Shown here one piece after another: positions 60,072-64,000 of a stretch of 64,000 nt of DNA (position 1 is the stretch's first letter; each line of letters opens with the position of its first letter). The notes below the pieces were generated by a model. That model saw only the letters and a program-made list of their open reading frames with translations, was not told where the DNA came from and ran no database searches. This stretch comes from an uncultured Gammaproteobacteria bacterium (GTDB taxonomy: Bacteria > Pseudomonadota > Gammaproteobacteria > PS1 > Pseudothioglobaceae). The position numbers and the translations under genes were made by a program. The stretch lies in assembly GCA_902556205.1 (NCBI GenBank), contig CACDVH010000005.1:9091-73090 (forward strand), read 5' to 3'.

Positions 60072-61718
60072 TTAGTTTTCTTTTAGCTCTCTTCTTAAGA
60101 CTTTTCCAACATTAGTTTTTGGAATCTCTTTGATAAATTCTATATGCTTTGGAACTTTATAAGCGGTTAACTTTTCCCTACAGAAACTGATAATTTCTTC
60201 CTCAGTTGCAGTTTGCTCATCATGAAGAACAATAAATACTTTTACAAGCTCTTGAGAACCTTCACCCTCTATTCCAACACAGCCACATTCAAGAACAGCA
60301 GGGTGCTCATTAACAACCGCTTCAACCTCATTTGGAAAGACATTAAAGCCTGAGACAATAATCATGTCCTTCTTTCGATCCACAATAAAAATATTACCAG
60401 TTTCATCAATTCGAGCAATGTCACCGGTCATAAACCAATTATTCTTATCAAGACCAGAGACTTCCGACTTCCAATAACCACTCATAACCTGTGGGCCTCT
60501 GACACAAAGCTCTCCAACAGCATTCGTTTCGGAAAGGGCATTTCCATCTTCATCCCTAATTTCAATTTCAGTGTAAGATGCTGGCAGGCCTACTGAGCCT
60601 GTAAATTCAGTCTGCTTGTAGTCGTTAACACTAACCAATGGAGAGGTCTCAGTGAGTCCATAAGCCTGCCAAATCACTGATTTAGTAACCTCTGCCCATC
60701 TTTTTGCCGTTGTGTCAAGGGCTGCCATACCCCCGCTTAATGACATGAGCAAGTTACTGAAATCTAACTCTTTAAATCCGTCATAATTCAATAGCGCCTC
60801 ATAAAGCGTGTTCACACCTGAGATCATGTGAAACTTATGTTTCTTCATTATTGAAACGAATGCCTTAAGATCTCTAGGATTGGTAATCAAAACGCTCCTT
60901 CCACCAATATGGAACAGCATGAAGTTATGAACAGTTAGAGCAAAAATATGATACAAAGGTAATGGGCAAATAGCGATCCTTTGTTCTTTTCTTGAGTCAT
61001 CGTACATTTTAGGATCGATTGTAAAGAAGGCCTGGATGATGTTAGCAAGAATATTTCGGTGAGTCAGAATAGCGCCTTTAGAAACACCAGTAGTTCCCCC
61101 AGTGTACTGAAGGAACGCAGTGTTCTCAATAGGAATATCTATGGGTGCTGACTTTGATCCTTCATTCTCCTTCAAAACCTCAAGAAACATTTTTGCACCA
61201 TCAATTTGATACTTCGGCACTAACTTTTTGACTTTTCTAGTAACCAAATTAATGATCTTTCCCTTAAATCCAAGAAGATCTCCAACAGTTGTTACCAGAA
61301 CTTTCTCCACGCTTGCAAGGTCTGATTTAGCAGCAACGTTAGCAACGCCCTCCCAAACCAATAATAATTTTGCTTCGCTGTCTCTCAAGACATGCTCAAG
61401 CTCTCTTTGAGTGTAGAGAGGGTTAATGTTCACCACAACGATACCTGCTTTCAAGGCACCATAGACTATGACAGGGTAAACCAGCATGTTAGGCATCATG
61501 ACAGCAACTCTGTCACCCACCTCAAAGTTGCTAGTCAGCCAAGAGGCAAAGGAGTGAACCTGGGCCGATAAATCATTGTAGGACATCTCAACCCCAAAAC
61601 TTTCAAACGCTATCTTTTCTTGATGCTCATTACAACAGTTATCAAAAAACTCTACTAAGTTTCCATGCTCCTTAAAAAAATCTGTCTCTTCAAGTTTGTT
61701 TGGTATGTTGACTGTCAT
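60072..61718 (-). CDS. fadD: Long-chain-fatty-acid--CoA ligase
   Basis: 548 aa. Contains LQYTGGTTGVSKGAILTHRNI, GYGLTE-like (AYGLTETSP), TGDIA and the C-terminal GK lysine. Closely FadD-like. Confidence 0.85.
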   Translation of the reverse strand: MTVNIPNKLEETDFFKEHGNLVEFFDNCCNEHQEKIAFESFGVEMSYNDLSAQVHSFASWLTSNFEVGDRVAVMMPNMLVYPVIVYGALKAGIVVVNINPLYTQRELEHVLRDSEAKLLLVWEGVANVAAKSDLASVEKVLVTTVGDLLGFKGKIINLVTRKVKKLVPKYQIDGAKMFLEVLKENEGSKSAPIDIPIENTAFLQYTGGTTGVSKGAILTHRNILANIIQAFFTIDPKMYDDSRKEQRIAICPLPLYHIFALTVHNFMLFHIGGRSVLITNPRDLKAFVSIMKKHKFHMISGVNTLYEALLNYDGFKELDFSNLLMSLSGGMAALDTTAKRWAEVTKSVIWQAYGLTETSPLVSVNDYKQTEFTGSVGLPASYTEIEIRDEDGNALSETNAVGELCVRGPQVMSGYWKSEVSGLDKNNWFMTGDIARIDETGNIFIVDRKKDMIIVSGFNVFPNEVEAVVNEHPAVLECGCVGIEGEGSQELVKVFIVLHDEQTATEEEIISFCREKLTAYKVPKHIEFIKEIPKTNVGKVLRRELKEN

Positions 61719-61733
61719 TAGATTACCTCATTG

Positions 61734-62303
61734 TTAGTTATTTTTTACTTTGCCTATTAAGATTTCCTTATATTCATTATAAACCTCTCCATCCTTTTTG
61801 AAAGCAAAACATGAGTTTGCAAACTTCTTTTCTATTGACTTGGCCTCTTCAAGAGTTATGGCTTCTGACTCACCACCTGTTTTTTCTTTCCACAGGGTTT
61901 GATAAGCAATAGTTCCAGCATAGGCCAGGAGGTCAGTAATGTGTCTGCAACCCTTTTCGCCCCCTAGAGCCTTTATGACCTTTCTATTAAAGCCAGCAAC
62001 GACATACTCGCCCTTTAGTTTTTGGCAGTTTTTAACCGCTTGAGGGCAAATGTTATAGGGAGAGGCGTTTATCGATGCCTCTATATCGATAATTTGTCTG
62101 TTATCATCGAGAGTCAGTCTGAGCGCCATGTCATGAAGAGGCTCACCGGCGCTAATATATCCTCGATGCATATTGTTAAAGGAGTAGGTTTTACTATCAA
62201 CAAGAAAAACTTCAATGTCCCACATTCCATCTTCTCTTTTATAGCCTTTGCCTTCAATCGTTCTATTATGTTTTAAATCTCTTCTGGCCGGCTTAGATAG
62301 CAT
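61734..62303 (-). CDS. DUF2889-domain protein
   Basis: 189 aa. The pattern HNRTIEGKGYKREDGMWDIEVFLVD.K, AGEPLHDM.LRL, P...CP and CRH.TDLL is typical of DUF2889. Confidence 0.65.
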   Translation of the reverse strand: MLSKPARRDLKHNRTIEGKGYKREDGMWDIEVFLVDSKTYSFNNMHRGYISAGEPLHDMALRLTLDDNRQIIDIEASINASPYNICPQAVKNCQKLKGEYVVAGFNRKVIKALGGEKGCRHITDLLAYAGTIAYQTLWKEKTGGESEAITLEEAKSIEKKFANSCFAFKKDGEVYNEYKEILIGKVKNN

Positions 62304-62313
62304 AGTGTGATCC

Positions 62314-63294
62314 TTATGAAATTCGATTTTTAGATTCTTTATATTGCTGCTCTAATTCTAACATCAAATCCTCAACACTCGGCACATTGGAAATTGAGCC
62401 AACACCTTGACCAGCAGAAAAAATATCCTTCCATCTCTTTGCTGAAGCCTTACTGACATCAAAATCTACCTTAAGTTTTTGCTTGATGAGTGGCATTATC
62501 ATTTTCTTAAAATTAGAGATTGTTGATTGAATACCTCCAGCATTTGGATTAATACCAGCGTTATTAAGGGATTGCTCAAGCCAGTTCCCATTCACTCCGG
62601 TAATCTTGTTAGACTTAATAATATCACCTGCCGATGCATTTAAGATCATCTGCTTATAGTCTTCAGTCGCGTCACTCTCTTCGGTGGCAATAAATCGAGT
62701 GCCCATATAAGCCATATCTGCCCCCAAAGCTTGAATCGCTAGAACTGAATCGCCAGAACTAATACTTCCACCAACTATAATTGTTCCATCAAATATGCTT
62801 CTCACTTCAGATATAAAGGCGAATGGGGAAAGGTCTCCAGTATGACCCCCCGCACCATTACAAACAAGAATAAGTCCGTCTACTCCAGCGCTAATTGCTT
62901 TTTTTGAGTGATACAAATTAATGACATCTGAATAGACTAGGCCGCCATATTCATGAACTTTATTTACAACCTCTTTAGGGTTCCCAAGAGAGGTAATAAC
63001 TATGGGCGGCTTATGCTTAAGAATTAACTCTATATCATCATTACTCCTGGCATACATTTTACTTACGATGATGTTTACCGCCCAAGGCAGAGCATCTTTA
63101 CCTGATCCTAATGCTTGTGTTATTTCTGTGAATTCTTGATCTAAAGCCTCTAAAGTTCGACAGTTAGCAGTCGGAAAGGACCCAACAATTCCTGCCTTAG
63201 AAGATGCTATCACAAGCCTAGCATTCGAGACAATAAACATAGGTGACTGAATAATTGGCAGTCTGAGCTGGTCGATGTAGTTTTGATTAGTCAT
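62314..63294 (-). CDS. Nitronate monooxygenase / FabK-like FMN-dependent enoyl reductase family protein
   Basis: Contains LPIIQSPM, GAGGHTG and MGTRF motifs. Start set at ATG 63294 (MTNQNY); the ORF-track extension to 63345 would overlap the thiolase. Confidence 0.85.
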   Translation of the reverse strand: MTNQNYIDQLRLPIIQSPMFIVSNARLVIASSKAGIVGSFPTANCRTLEALDQEFTEITQALGSGKDALPWAVNIIVSKMYARSNDDIELILKHKPPIVITSLGNPKEVVNKVHEYGGLVYSDVINLYHSKKAISAGVDGLILVCNGAGGHTGDLSPFAFISEVRSIFDGTIIVGGSISSGDSVLAIQALGADMAYMGTRFIATEESDATEDYKQMILNASAGDIIKSNKITGVNGNWLEQSLNNAGINPNAGGIQSTISNFKKMIMPLIKQKLKVDFDVSKASAKRWKDIFSAGQGVGSISNVPSVEDLMLELEQQYKESKNRIS

Positions 63295-63301
63295 AAATGA
63301 T

Positions 63302-64000
63302 TTAGCATCTTTTAATGATCCCTGCAGCCCCCATCCCAGTTCCAATACACATGGTTACCATTCCATAATCAATCTTTTCTCTTTGCATTGCAGAAACAAG
63401 TGTTGCAATTCTAATGGCTCCAGTAGCACCCAGAGGATGTCCAAGGGCTATAGCACCTCCAAGTGGGTTGACCTTTTCTGGATCAAGTTTTAACTCCTGA
63501 GTAACAGCCAGAGATTGCGCAGCAAATGCCTCATTAAGCTCAATCCATCCAATATCATCAAGAGAAAGGTCTAAGGAGTCAAGAACTTTAGGCACCGCCT
63601 TGACTGGACCAATACCCATTATTTCTGCAGGAACTCCGGCAACCGAAAAGCCCAGAAACTCTGCCTTAGGCGTTAAATTATATTTCTCAACTGCCTCTTC
63701 ACTAGCAACAAGAACAGCGGCGGCGGCATCTGACATTTGAGAGCTGTTTCCTGCTGTCACTGAACCATCTTGAGCAAAAACAGTTCTTAGTTTTGCTAAA
63801 ACTTCCAAACTTGTATCTTCTCTAGGTCCTTCATCTTTAGAAACAAGATTAGTGTTTTTTATATATTCATTTGATTCAACTGAGTAACTATCCTCAACAG
63901 TTGAAATGGGTACAATTTCATTTTCAAATAAACCGCTATTGTTTGCTTTTATTGCTTTTTGGTGGCTGTCGTAAGCGAACTGATCTTGTGCCTCTCGGGA
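63302..64000 (-). CDS. Acetyl-CoA C-acyltransferase (thiolase), C-terminal part; gene continues past the window end
   Basis: The reading frame is open from the window edge: SREAQDQFAYDSHQKA...VSKDEGPR...LAKLRTVF...GSVTAGNSS.MSD.AAAV, NEAFAAQ, GGAIALGHPLGATG and CIGTGMG. The ORF track's TTG at 63808 is internal. Confidence 0.92.
   Translation of the reverse strand, partial: SREAQDQFAYDSHQKAIKANNSGLFENEIVPISTVEDSYSVESNEYIKNTNLVSKDEGPREDTSLEVLAKLRTVFAQDGSVTAGNSSQMSDAAAAVLVASEEAVEKYNLTPKAEFLGFSVAGVPAEIMGIGPVKAVPKVLDSLDLSLDDIGWIELNEAFAAQSLAVTQELKLDPEKVNPLGGAIALGHPLGATGAIRIATLVSAMQREKIDYGMVTMCIGTGMGAAGIIKRC

Overview
This is an AT-rich, very tightly packed chromosomal segment with gammaproteobacterial gene order (nuoABCD-E, tldD-yhdP, pabC-mltG-tmk-holB, tig-clpP-clpX-lon). 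I call about 65 protein genes, and many have overlapping stop and start codons. By eye I found no rRNA, tRNA, CRISPR array, transposase or integrase. All calls come from reading the supplied translations and the DNA; no database search was run.

Housekeeping content:
- Respiration: nuo genes and cytochromes c5 and c4.
- Proteostasis: tig-clpP-clpX-hflX-lon, pepA, tldD, dsbC, msrB.
- Nucleotide, cofactor and amino-acid metabolism: argB, hemW, rdgB, rpiA, hemL, tmk, tdk, pabC, ppnP, yggS.
- Replication, RNA and envelope: holB, rsmB, cca, engB, mltG.

Accessory content:
1. A Cys-relay sulfur-import module at 13.8-15.5 kb: split YeeE/YedE, TusA, and a DsrE-like protein.
2. An onium-compound (betaine/carnitine/DMSP-type) island at 32.3-45.6 kb. 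GMC oxidoreductase and an enolase-superfamily gene diverge from TauE, a ProXWV-type ABC importer and an SDR. After two cytochrome c genes comes a four-gene operon: hotdog thioesterase, acyl-CoA dehydrogenase, ADP-forming (CoA-binding + ATP-grasp) acyl-CoA synthetase, and a CaiD-like crotonase.
3. At 51.8-64.0 kb: an aminotransferase, a TAXI-TRAP transporter and an RpiR regulator. A long minus-strand operon follows: thiolase, NMO/FabK-like protein, DUF2889, FadD, a DmdB-like ligase, and a DddL-like cupin carrying the HxHxxxExY...H DMSP-lyase signature.

The best candidate for an undescribed system is the Cai-like CoA module at 41.0-45.6 kb. It lacks CaiB and CaiC and instead has a DddX-architecture ligase. 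It sits between the cytochrome c genes and engB, which are neighbours in Pseudomonas as I recall.

Other points worth a second look:
- A DUF4396 gene broken by a +1 frameshift in an A6 run.
- An AddB-like iron-staple nuclease with no helicase partner, overlapping cca tail to tail.
- hflX placed between clpX and lon.
- A short YhdP.
- An orphan PyrK-like flavoprotein.
- A stand-alone asparaginase N-domain protein.
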